Positions 18,592-27,471 of a stretch of 64,000 nucleotides of DNA are shown in pieces (position 1 is the first letter of the stretch; the number at the start of each line of letters is the position of its first letter). The DNA lies in the IMG/VR virus record IMGVR_UViG_3300047509_000270, positions 6,899 to 70,898 of that record. One strand, given 5' to 3'. Made by a program: the position numbers and the translations under genes. This stretch comes from a virus. The notes beneath the pieces were generated by a model. It worked only from the letters and a program-made list of their open reading frames with translations. It was not told the DNA's origin and searched no databases.

Positions 18592-20963
18592 GAGTCGCGA
18601 AGAATCCGCCGTCCTTCATCCTGGTCGACAAGGAAACCGGCGACGTCGTCTATACGAAGCGTGCGACCGGTGTCGGCTCCGAGGCGATCCGTAAGTGCGT
18701 TGAGAAGGGCCGCGCGCTCACCGCTCGGACCGGCCGGACCTACTTCGTCTACCTCGACATCATGGGCGCGAAGGTCGGTATGAAGCTGTCCGTGCCGATG
18801 GCGTACGCTCTCGGGATCACCGAAGAGATCGGTCCCAAGGGAAGCGCGATGCCGTCGGGTCGTAAGTGCTGCTTCGCTCCGGACGTGCGTCCGTCCGGAC
18901 AGGGGATGCGTTGCATGAATTGCCAGCGTTGGGAGGCCGACAACTACCTGAAGAATCCTCGCCGCGCGCCGGTCCGTCGGAATATCTACGCCTTCAACAA
19001 TCCGCCGTCTGGTCCGGCCGATCCGACTGCGGCGCGCGAACTCGAGCTGTATATCAGCAACGACTCGCAGCTCTACCATTCGCAATTCATCCCGATCGTG
19101 AAGAACCTGATGCTGAAGCGTCGGAAGGGCGTCTACAACCGTGAGCTGACGGTCAAGCTCTTCATGTACCTGATGGATGCCGGTGCGAAGAAGTACGTGA
19201 GGGAGTTCGGAACCGGCGGGAACATCGACACGATGTTCAACAAGAACACGCGCATGGCCGCCGCACGCGCCTTCCGTGACTCCTTCGAGACCGAAGCCGA
19301 GCTCGGGAACTACGACCGGATGATCGGACCCGTCTCGAATCCACTGAACCGCAAGGAAGTCGCTCAGGTCATCAACATGTCGAGAGATATCGCCAGGACC
19401 GCCATCAGAGCGAAGAAGCTCGGCGATGCCAGTCGAGCGAAGGCGAACCTCGCTTACGGTCGAGGGATGCTCGACGTCTCGATGACGTTCTCGCCGCAGG
19501 GCACCCGTAAAGGTGTCAGAAACATGCTCGACCGGTACAACACCATCGAGCGTCGTGAAAGCTCCAGGAGCAATCCGTCCATCCGCGAGAACATCTACAC
19601 GTTCAATAATCCGCGCAAGCTCAACGCGATGGAACGCGCCGCTTCGCTCTTCAACCTCTCCGTTGCGACCTGGGCGCCCGGCGACGGCCTGACACGCTAC
19701 CGTTTCTTCAAGGCGTCCGGACATGGACCGTACGCCGACTACCACCAGGGTGGCGCGATCTATACGGCGAACGGTCGCGGCGAGGCGATAAAGTTCCTGA
19801 AGGCGTACGGCGTCGGCCGCTCGCGGATGAATCCGTCGCCGCACGATCCGTCCGGACTCGCCGAGCTCGACGCGCGCATGAACGACCTGATGCGTCGCAT
19901 GGACGCGATGAAAAAGAGCGGGACCGACAACCGTCCCGAATACATGATCCTCCTGAAGGAGGCTCAGGCGGTCTCGCAGAAGCGTCTCGCTCTGATCGGC
20001 CTCGGGTCGACCTCGATTCAGAAGGGCTTCACGCGCCGGAACCCATGCTCGAATCCGACCTGCAGGATCAAAAAGCACGGACACGTCCGTCAGAACCCGA
20101 TCCTCCAGACGATCTTCCTGGCGAACCCGCCGATCTCGGCGCAGTGGGACCGACTGACCGGCCGCCAGCGCCTCCAGGTCCTCGGCTTCGTCGGCTTCGA
20201 GGAGACCGCCAGCCGGTACGTCCGGCTCCCCTGGAAGCTCCTGTCGAGCATGGTCAGGGAAGCCCTCGAGCAGTACTGGCTCGACTCGACGTCGACGCGC
20301 GGCACGACGCGCCGTCGGATGGCGCCGGTCGGCGCGAATCCGCTGACGCGCCGTGAGGCAGGCAGGATCATCGGCGAGGCGAAGCGCGACATCCGATACG
20401 GCTCCGGATTCCGCTCCGGAGAATTCACCCGTACCGTCAGCGCCGGACAGGCGTTCGGGAAGTCGAAGGTCGTCCGGAAGTACGGCCCGAAGAGCGCCGG
20501 ACGTGCCGCGGCGAAGATCGCCGACAAGGCGCACAAGATGGCCGGGACGATCTTCTCGAACCCCGGCGTCAGCCTCCCGCGTCCCGGCACGAAGCTGACG
20601 ATCTCCCAGGCGCTCGACCTCGCCGAGCGTCTCGGTAACCGCGAGCTCGTCAAGCAGTGCCACGCGGCGATGAAGCTCCAGAAGGCCGCCAACAAGGACG
20701 CGAAGTGCGTCATCTGGAAGGTCTTCCCGATGGGCTCGAAGGACAAGATCGACTCGGTCGTCGCCCTGACGCACTACGGCGACTCGCCGGAGACGATGTA
20801 CAAGCCGCCGCCCGGCTCGAAGAAGGGCAACCACATGTACCGGCACAACTGGGGCGAGAAGGGCGGCAAGCAATCCGTTCCGCTGCTCGCCTCCCCGGAC
20901 GGCAAGATGCTCATGATGCCGCTCGAGGGCCGGAAGGTCGCGTCGGACTGGCTGAGGCATTGA
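18588..20963 (+). CDS. Basic multidomain (polyprotein-like) protein with 13 Asn-Pro motifs
   Basis: GTG 18588 after GGAGG overlaps the upstream stop; segments bounded by KNP/NNP/SNP/RNP/ANP. Confidence 0.75.
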   Translation: MRVAKNPPSFILVDKETGDVVYTKRATGVGSEAIRKCVEKGRALTARTGRTYFVYLDIMGAKVGMKLSVPMAYALGITEEIGPKGSAMPSGRKCCFAPDVRPSGQGMRCMNCQRWEADNYLKNPRRAPVRRNIYAFNNPPSGPADPTAARELELYISNDSQLYHSQFIPIVKNLMLKRRKGVYNRELTVKLFMYLMDAGAKKYVREFGTGGNIDTMFNKNTRMAAARAFRDSFETEAELGNYDRMIGPVSNPLNRKEVAQVINMSRDIARTAIRAKKLGDASRAKANLAYGRGMLDVSMTFSPQGTRKGVRNMLDRYNTIERRESSRSNPSIRENIYTFNNPRKLNAMERAASLFNLSVATWAPGDGLTRYRFFKASGHGPYADYHQGGAIYTANGRGEAIKFLKAYGVGRSRMNPSPHDPSGLAELDARMNDLMRRMDAMKKSGTDNRPEYMILLKEAQAVSQKRLALIGLGSTSIQKGFTRRNPCSNPTCRIKKHGHVRQNPILQTIFLANPPISAQWDRLTGRQRLQVLGFVGFEETASRYVRLPWKLLSSMVREALEQYWLDSTSTRGTTRRRMAPVGANPLTRREAGRIIGEAKRDIRYGSGFRSGEFTRTVSAGQAFGKSKVVRKYGPKSAGRAAAKIADKAHKMAGTIFSNPGVSLPRPGTKLTISQALDLAERLGNRELVKQCHAAMKLQKAANKDAKCVIWKVFPMGSKDKIDSVVALTHYGDSPETMYKPPPGSKKGNHMYRHNWGEKGGKQSVPLLASPDGKMLMMPLEGRKVASDWLRH

Positions 20964-20973
20964 GGGTGAGACC

Positions 20974-22080
20974 ATGATCGGAGCACTCGTATTCGCGAAC
21001 CCCGGGCGGCCTGTCGCCGCACGGAGGAGACGTTCTCGTTCCAGAACCGCCCGCACGACGGGCAAGGAGATTCGGATGGCACGCTCCCGTACGCGCCGTC
21101 GGGCAGGGCGGCGTATGAGAAATGCCAAGGGGCATTTCGTCAAGGCACGTCGGTCGTCCCGGCGTCGTCGCAACCCCAGCGGTCACATCAAGGTCGGTCG
21201 CCGCTGGAGGAAGATCACGAAGTTCGCCACGCGCCGCAAGCGCGGCAAGCATCGCGGACAGATCCGTGGCTTCCACTTCCCGAAACGCTACCGCCAGAGC
21301 CGTCGGCGTCGGGTTCACGCGAACCCGGTCGTCGTGTCGAATCCGCGTCGGCGTCGGGCCCGTCGGAACCCGTACCGCAGCCATCGTCGCCGGTACGCCC
21401 GCCGGAACCCCGCGGTGTCGTATCGCCTGTCGAGCGACCCGATCGCGGCCCTGAAGAACGCCCTGATGTCGGCGTTCTCGATGGACACCCTCGAGACTCT
21501 CGTCCACATGGGCGTCGGCTTCGGCGGCGCCCTGACGCTGGGCAAGTGGCTGTACGTCCAGCCCTGGATGCCCGCCACGGCCGGTTCCGCGTCGTTCGTG
21601 AAGGTCGGCTCGACCTTCCTGTCGACGGCGGTCCTGACCGCCATGTCGGCCGTCCTGAAGCAGCCGCGCCTGACCGCGCGGATCCTGACCGGCGGCCTCT
21701 TCGCGACGCTCTGGCAGGGGCTCTCCGAAGCGGTCTCGGGTACCCAGGTTCAGCAGTACATCCCGACCCTGTCGGGCTCGCCGGAGACCGACGCCTTTCG
21801 CAAGGCGATCGAGTCCGAGGTCCTCAAGGAGCTCAAGGGCGGCGGCGTCCACGGCTACCTGCGTGCGGCCGGATCCGAGGGGATCTCGACGTACCTGCAG
21901 CCCGCCGGGATCAGCTACCTGCGCCCGGCCGGTTCCGAGGCGTACCTGACCAAGGTCAACACCGAGCGTGCGAACGCCGGGATGAGCGCCTACATGACCG
22001 AGGTCAACACCGAGATGGCGAATGCCGGAGTCGGTGACGACGACGAGTTCTCCCGTCGGGGGATGCCGGAGAAGTTCTAG
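20974..22080 (+). CDS. Arg-rich core/DNA-condensing membrane protein
   Basis: Poly-Arg N-terminal half with 6 NP motifs; hydrophobic helices; C-terminal repeats. Confidence 0.7.
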   Translation: MIGALVFANPGRPVAARRRRSRSRTARTTGKEIRMARSRTRRRAGRRMRNAKGHFVKARRSSRRRRNPSGHIKVGRRWRKITKFATRRKRGKHRGQIRGFHFPKRYRQSRRRRVHANPVVVSNPRRRRARRNPYRSHRRRYARRNPAVSYRLSSDPIAALKNALMSAFSMDTLETLVHMGVGFGGALTLGKWLYVQPWMPATAGSASFVKVGSTFLSTAVLTAMSAVLKQPRLTARILTGGLFATLWQGLSEAVSGTQVQQYIPTLSGSPETDAFRKAIESEVLKELKGGGVHGYLRAAGSEGISTYLQPAGISYLRPAGSEAYLTKVNTERANAGMSAYMTEVNTEMANAGVGDDDEFSRRGMPEKF

Positions 22081-22098
22081 TCCGAGCGACTAAGAGGA

Positions 22099-22212
22099 GC
22101 ACCGGAGACGAGAGTCTCCGGTGCCTCCCCTCTGGAGGCCCTGATGGACCTCCCGAGGGGAGTGGGCTACGAGCGCCAGCCTGCCCAGCGGCATTTTTGT
22201 GGACGAAAGTCC
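22099..22212 (+). other. Structured 5' leader of the capsid gene
   Basis: GCACCGGAGAC-GAGA-GTCTCCGGTGC and GGAC-GAAA-GTCC GNRA hairpins plus a GGAGG/CCTCC stem. Confidence 0.5.
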
Positions 22213-22250
22213 CGGCCGGAAGTGGCGCGCGAGACTGAAAGGTGGAAGAC

Positions 22251-22889
22251 ATGGCGAACGGAGCCGCGCCCGCGGACCAGGGCGTGACGGTGGTCCAGCC
22301 CTACTACAAGATCACCCAGGGCGTGCCTGCGGCGATCGTGCGGTCGTACAAGGAACCCCTGTACGACTCGGAAGTGATCCTCGCCGCGACGCCGTCGCGC
22401 GAGTTCACGCTGTACCAGAAGCCCGTCGGCCAGAGCATGAACGACGGCACGGTGAAGACGTTCCTGTATTCGAATCAAACGCAGGCGGGGTCCTTGGGCA
22501 CCCCCTTGAGTTTTGACGTGTACGGGTTCAATGCCCGCGTCTGGGCGTCGCCGTCCTCGAAGATCCTCTCGATCGGCAACTACACGCTCGTCGAAGCGGC
22601 GGGCGTGTCCGAGGTGATCTTCGGCCAGGACACGAAGTTCCTGACCATTCCGATCGAAGACGTCCCCGCGGGCGTCGACACGGAGGGTCTGGGCGCGACC
22701 GACGCGCCGCACATCGGCTGGGGCGTCAGCGATAACATCTACCGGTTCGACATCGGTGGACGTGCGCTGCACATCAACTCGACGGAGCCGTACTCCGTCA
22801 AGATCAGCTGGCCGAGCGGCCTGACCGGCACGACCGGCAACCTGCTGTTTCGGTGGTTCATTCGGGGTATCCGCTACAAAGGCGTCTAG
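22251..22889 (+). CDS. Putative single jelly-roll major capsid protein
   Basis: 212 aa, beta-strand-rich; PLYDS...LYQKPVG...KT...SN...GSLGTP..F pattern; isolated by structured UTRs; strong codon bias. Confidence 0.6.
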   Translation: MANGAAPADQGVTVVQPYYKITQGVPAAIVRSYKEPLYDSEVILAATPSREFTLYQKPVGQSMNDGTVKTFLYSNQTQAGSLGTPLSFDVYGFNARVWASPSSKILSIGNYTLVEAAGVSEVIFGQDTKFLTIPIEDVPAGVDTEGLGATDAPHIGWGVSDNIYRFDIGGRALHINSTEPYSVKISWPSGLTGTTGNLLFRWFIRGIRYKGV

Positions 22890-22911
22890 AGCGCCTTTCG
22901 CGCGCAACTTC

Positions 22912-22935
22912 GGACGCACTCGCGAGAGTGCGTCC
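22912..22935 (+). other. Perfect GNRA hairpin after the capsid gene (stabiliser or terminator)
   Basis: GGACGCACTC-GCGA-GAGTGCGTCC. Confidence 0.6.
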
Positions 22936-23020
22936 CTTGATGGGCCCGAAAGACTAGCAACAAGCGCCCGCACTGTGCGCGGTCCGCTTCCCTGCTGAGA
23001 TAGCTCGGAAGGAGACGACG

Positions 23021-23965
23021 ATGAGCTGGGGTCAGGTACCGACATTCCTGCGCGACAAGGATTCCGGCAAGATCTACATGAACCCGGCGAAGGACTGGGT
23101 TCAGCCATTCGAGCTGACGGTCTCGAAGCCGAACCAGCTGATCCACCTCGCCGCGGGCGAGAACCGCGGGCCCTTCCCGCTGACCGCCCAGTACGACGGT
23201 CCGATCGAGTGCTTCTACGTAAAGTGCAACGTCTACGCGCCCGCCGACGATCCGACGCTGCCGGGCGCGCTCGTCCAGACCTACGACATCGACTTCCTGC
23301 TGGAGCATCCCGGCAAGCGGATCCAGTTCTCCAATCGGAAAGTTCCGCTGATCGCGCTCTCCGGGAATGCCGCGCAGCCGTACGTCCTGCCGGAGACGAT
23401 CTTCATCCCGCCGGTCCAATCGCTCAATCTGACGCTCGTCAACAACGACCTCGTCAACGCCCGCTTCGTCGAGTTCGTCCTGGGCGGCATCAAGTTCTAC
23501 CCGAACATGGCTCCGGCCGGGGCGATCAAGGACGAGGTCTGGAAGTACGTCGACCGTCGCGAGCGGACCTACGCCTACTTCCAGACGACCGACGAGCCGG
23601 TCGTCCTGACGGCGGGCCAGGAGAACATCTTCTTCATGACGATCCCGGACAACTCCGACTTCGAGTGCTTCAAGCTGACCCAGCAGTCGACCGGCCAGTT
23701 CCGCTGTCTGGTCCGGGACGGCCAGAACGATCGCGCCCTGACCGGCGACCGGGTCCACCGGGACCTGCTGTTCGGCGGGCACGCCGAGATGCCGGACGGT
23801 GCGGGCGCGTTCCTCGGGTCCGGTGGGATCTGGCCCGCCCGCTGGGCGGCCTCCTGGCTGATCCGCCGCTCGACGAAGGTCCAGCTCGACCTGCTGGACA
23901 TCTCCGGTGCGGACAACACGATCAAGCCGGTCTTCGCGGGGAGAAAGATCTCGTATGTCAGCTAA
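23021..23965 (+). CDS. Putative capsid protein with a tandem duplicated beta domain (double jelly-roll-like)
   Basis: The halves align: LAAGEN/LTAGQEN, IECF/FECF, FVLGGIKF/VFAGRKI. Confidence 0.6.
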   Translation: MSWGQVPTFLRDKDSGKIYMNPAKDWVQPFELTVSKPNQLIHLAAGENRGPFPLTAQYDGPIECFYVKCNVYAPADDPTLPGALVQTYDIDFLLEHPGKRIQFSNRKVPLIALSGNAAQPYVLPETIFIPPVQSLNLTLVNNDLVNARFVEFVLGGIKFYPNMAPAGAIKDEVWKYVDRRERTYAYFQTTDEPVVLTAGQENIFFMTIPDNSDFECFKLTQQSTGQFRCLVRDGQNDRALTGDRVHRDLLFGGHAEMPDGAGAFLGSGGIWPARWAASWLIRRSTKVQLDLLDISGADNTIKPVFAGRKISYVS

Positions 23966-24680
23966 GAAACCGCCGCGTCCTCCGGGACGCCCGCCGGGTC
24001 CCCCGCGCGGGGGCGGCATGGGCGGTCCGGACCACGAGGGCTACCACTACGAGGGCTGGCGCGATGCCGGACAGGGCGAGCCGCGTCCGGAGGACGTCGT
24101 CTTCGATCCGTCCTGTCCGCCGCCGCCGGACCCGTGCGGCAAGCCGAAGGTCTGCTTCGTCAAGTTCCCGGCCTTCAATCAGCCGCCCTGGTTCGCGAAG
24201 CCGCTGATCAAGGTCCGCTCGTCGCTGATCATCCCGGCCGGTTCGATCGCGCTCGTCTTCGACCGCGAGATCGCCGACCGGCAGCGCGCCGTCTCGTCGT
24301 TCCTCGGGATCGACGTCGCGCCGATCGCGCCTCTCATGAACTCGCAGCTCGAGTTCTGGTTCCAGCTCGGCAAGAAGGGCGTCGCCGAGCCCTCGAAGAA
24401 CATCATCCAGGTCTGGGACGACCAGAATCCGAACTCGTACGGGACCTCGCACGCGATCCAGTCCGGACGGACGACGGTCTGGCCGGGCGTCGGGACGCCG
24501 CTCAAGTTCTTCGAGGCCGGGCTGCAGTTCGGCCTCCGTGGACGCTGCCAGTTCCAAGGCCTGATCGAGAACCGGTCCGGCGTCGACGTGACGATCCGCG
24601 CGCTCTTCGGCTACTACTACTACTGGGCGAGCGCGAAGGGCGGAGCCTCGGAGTTCGAGTCCGGCGACTTCGAGTCGTAA
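23955..24680 (+). CDS. Putative minor capsid protein (Pro-rich N-terminus plus beta domain)
   Basis: ATG 23955 overlaps the upstream gene; beta-rich C-terminal domain. Confidence 0.55.
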   Translation: MSAKKPPRPPGRPPGPPRGGGMGGPDHEGYHYEGWRDAGQGEPRPEDVVFDPSCPPPPDPCGKPKVCFVKFPAFNQPPWFAKPLIKVRSSLIIPAGSIALVFDREIADRQRAVSSFLGIDVAPIAPLMNSQLEFWFQLGKKGVAEPSKNIIQVWDDQNPNSYGTSHAIQSGRTTVWPGVGTPLKFFEAGLQFGLRGRCQFQGLIENRSGVDVTIRALFGYYYYWASAKGGASEFESGDFES

Positions 24681-24690
24681 AGGAGAAACG

Positions 24691-25104
24691 ATGCCCGCGC
24701 CACTGAACCCGAATCTCTGGCCGACCGTCCTGCACGACGAGGACGGGATCCCGATCGGACCCCTGAATCCGCTGCCGGTCACGGGCGGCGGAGGCGGAGG
24801 CGGATCGTCGCCGAACCAGCCGACCTTCGCGGTCAACCAGCAGACCGTCGCGGTCCCCGGCACCGCCGCACAGCTCCAGGCGCAGGCCGTTCCGAACGGC
24901 TTCCAGATTTTCGTCCGTGCGCTGATCACGAACAATGGTAACATCTACGTCGGCCCGTCCGCCGCGGACGCCCAGAACCATACGAAGGCGACGATCCTCG
25001 AGCCCGGGGCCTTCGTCGAGCTGGCTCTGACGAACGTCAATGCGATCTTCATCGACGCCGACGATGCGGCCGACGGCGTCTCCTGGATCGTGGAGGTCGC
25101 CTAG
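24691..25104 (+). CDS. Small beta-rich structural protein (vertex/penton-like)
   Basis: RALITNNGNIYVG, ILEPG, IFIDAD...DGVSW. Confidence 0.55.
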   Translation: MPAPLNPNLWPTVLHDEDGIPIGPLNPLPVTGGGGGGGSSPNQPTFAVNQQTVAVPGTAAQLQAQAVPNGFQIFVRALITNNGNIYVGPSAADAQNHTKATILEPGAFVELALTNVNAIFIDADDAADGVSWIVEVA

Positions 25105-25106
25105 CC

Positions 25107-26003
25107 ATGGCTGACGGCGGAATCGGAAACCAGTCCCCGGCGACGCTCTTCCAGGCTCGCCTCGACACGACCGACGGCGTCTCGAACACGCTGACGCTCG
25201 GCCAGTACCTCGGGAACAAGGTCGTCGTCTCGGGCGTCACGGTGAAGATTCCGGGCGCCGGTCTGACCAGGGGTATCGCCGACAATCTGATCGACCTGAA
25301 CGGTGCCGATGCCGGATCAGCGCCGCTCGCCTCGACGCTCTATTTCGTCTACATCTCGAATAGGAAGGCGACGTTCTCTCCAGAGTCGATCCGGCTGTCG
25401 TCGCAGGCGCCGACGCCCGTCAATGGCGTCCGGTACCTCGGGACGTCCGGGAACAAGCTCAACTGGCGCTTCGTCGGCTGGGTGATGCCGAATGCGACGC
25501 CGCAGTTCGAGAGCAGCCAGACCTCCAGGCTGATCATCAATCTCTACAATCGCTTCTCCCTGGCGATGTACGCCAATCCAGCGTATCTCGACAACAATGC
25601 GGTCACGACGTACCCGGTCACCGCTGGAAACTGGACGACGCCCGCCGCCGCCGTCGGTCCTCCGACGATCTCGCAGCTTCAGTTCATCTCGAACGGACAG
25701 GACGAAGTCAGTTATCTGATGGTCGGGCAGGGTGAAGGGAATCCGAACGGAACACCGATGATCGGCGTCGGAGAGGATTCCCAGACGAACGCATCCATGC
25801 AGGCCCAATTGGGCGCCGGAGGTGGACCCTTCGGAAGCATGACCGTCGGTAAGGACACCCTGTTCCCGGAGGGGCCCCATACGCTGGACATGCTGATCGC
25901 CGGTAGCGGCGGAAACGTTCTGTTTCTCTCGGACTTCGGGCGTATCCAGGGCGGCACCTTCGACACTCCGGCAACCTACATGACCGCTCGGGTCAGAGGA
26001 TAA
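25107..26003 (+). CDS. Spike/receptor-binding-like protein
   Basis: G/S/T/N-rich beta protein; shares RYLGT..RFVG..INLYNR with the next gene. Confidence 0.55.
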   Translation: MADGGIGNQSPATLFQARLDTTDGVSNTLTLGQYLGNKVVVSGVTVKIPGAGLTRGIADNLIDLNGADAGSAPLASTLYFVYISNRKATFSPESIRLSSQAPTPVNGVRYLGTSGNKLNWRFVGWVMPNATPQFESSQTSRLIINLYNRFSLAMYANPAYLDNNAVTTYPVTAGNWTTPAAAVGPPTISQLQFISNGQDEVSYLMVGQGEGNPNGTPMIGVGEDSQTNASMQAQLGAGGGPFGSMTVGKDTLFPEGPHTLDMLIAGSGGNVLFLSDFGRIQGGTFDTPATYMTARVRG

Positions 26004-26006
26004 CGT

Positions 26007-27068
26007 GTGGCGAAAGGCGGAAGCGGTCCCGGCATCGAAGAGAACAGCATCCTCGTCACGGGTGCCCTCTCCAACATCAACGAAGGGCGCCTGACCGTCG
26101 TATCGGGACAGCCGAATCCGGTCGACGTGACCGGAGGCGGAGATCCGATCCAGGTCGGCACGGGCCAGAACTCCGCCACGCTCTACTACACGCCGTACGT
26201 CGGAAACAAAGTCCTGCTCTACTTCGGAGGTCACTGGAGCATCTTCACGACGGCGGAGATCTCTATCTCGAACGCCGGACTCGGCGACGGTCTGGATCCA
26301 TCCGTCGGCCCTTACGACGTCTTCCTTTTCGGTGACGGCCTAGGGAACGTCCACCTGGAGTTCGGACCCGCCTACGCGCAGTTCACGCGCCCCGCGGGGC
26401 GCCTCATGCGTCAGGACGGGATCCTCGTCAAGAACGGCGACCCGACTAGGAAGTTCATCGGGACCATCTGCACGGTCGCGGTCGGGAACCACGTCGCGCC
26501 GTTCCTGTTCTGGGACGGATCGAACGTCAGGTTCGTCTCGAACTTCTACAACAAGATCATGAAGTACATGTGGGGCGAGCAGGGCTACCAGACCGGCGCG
26601 CTCCGGACGAAGGCTCTAAATGCCGCCGCCGCGGGGCAGTGGCAGATCCCGCTCTTCCTTGGTCTGTCCATCTCGGACTACACGTATCCCGGCCACATTG
26701 CGCCGATCGGGTCCGGAGATCCGATCTACGTCCAGTGGGTCGCCTGCGAGGCGCGGAACGTCCGGCTCGCGCCCAGCGCACTGATGGCTCTCAGTGGCGG
26801 CACGAGGATGGGATTCGGAGTCGGCCTAAACCAGGGCGACGATCCGTACGACCCGACCCAGGTCATCAAGTCCTGCCAGACCGACCTGACGGAGATCAGC
26901 GACTCCGTCGAGACTCAGTTCCTCTGTCCGCCCGGCGTCTTCACGGCGTGGATGGCATTCTTCGCGGACGGCGGGACATTCAACGCGAACTTCTTTCCGA
27001 ACGACGTCGCTCGTGGAGCTGCGGCATCGCCGTACCTGACGTATCTCCATGGCGAGATCGAAGTCTAG
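26007..27068 (+). CDS. Spike/fibre-like protein
   Basis: TLYYTPYVGN, PYDVF, QDGILVKNGDPTRKFIGT, RFVSNFYN resemble phage fibre-associated domains. Confidence 0.6.
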   Translation: MAKGGSGPGIEENSILVTGALSNINEGRLTVVSGQPNPVDVTGGGDPIQVGTGQNSATLYYTPYVGNKVLLYFGGHWSIFTTAEISISNAGLGDGLDPSVGPYDVFLFGDGLGNVHLEFGPAYAQFTRPAGRLMRQDGILVKNGDPTRKFIGTICTVAVGNHVAPFLFWDGSNVRFVSNFYNKIMKYMWGEQGYQTGALRTKALNAAAAGQWQIPLFLGLSISDYTYPGHIAPIGSGDPIYVQWVACEARNVRLAPSALMALSGGTRMGFGVGLNQGDDPYDPTQVIKSCQTDLTEISDSVETQFLCPPGVFTAWMAFFADGGTFNANFFPNDVARGAAASPYLTYLHGEIEV

Positions 27069-27079
27069 AGGTAGCTAGC

Positions 27080-27460
27080 ATGGCTCAAGGTGGCGGATCC
27101 GGAGAGCTCATCGTCCAGACGTTGCCCCCTACCTACGCCTTCACGATCGACGGCAAGGTCACCGTTCGAGATCTGCTCACCGTACCGGGGAAGGGTCCGC
27201 AGGTCACCGGAGCGACCGGGCAGGTCGAAGTCGCACCGGTCGGCGCGGCGATCACGGCCGACGTCATCCTGGTCAATCGTTCCGACGGCTCGACCGTCGC
27301 GACCCTCGGCACGCTGACGATTCCGGCCGGATCGCTCGAAGGCTCTATCGTCTTCGGGACTCCGAGATTCGTTCCACCGACTCGCGCACTGAAAGTATCC
27401 GTCACGCAGATCGGCTCTCCGGGAACGGAGGGCTCCGATCTCGTTATCCTTGTTTCGTAG
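27080..27460 (+). CDS. Small beta-rich structural protein
   Basis: ATG 27080 after GAGG; VSVTQIGS..GSDL. Confidence 0.6.
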   Translation: MAQGGGSGELIVQTLPPTYAFTIDGKVTVRDLLTVPGKGPQVTGATGQVEVAPVGAAITADVILVNRSDGSTVATLGTLTIPAGSLEGSIVFGTPRFVPPTRALKVSVTQIGSPGTEGSDLVILVS

Positions 27461-27471
27461 GATAGGCGCCG

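Noticed and set aside
22138-22212. Possible hammerhead ribozyme (CTGATG ... GAAA)
   Set aside because: The core reads CTGATGG, not CTGANGA, and the GAAA is a tetraloop of its own hairpin
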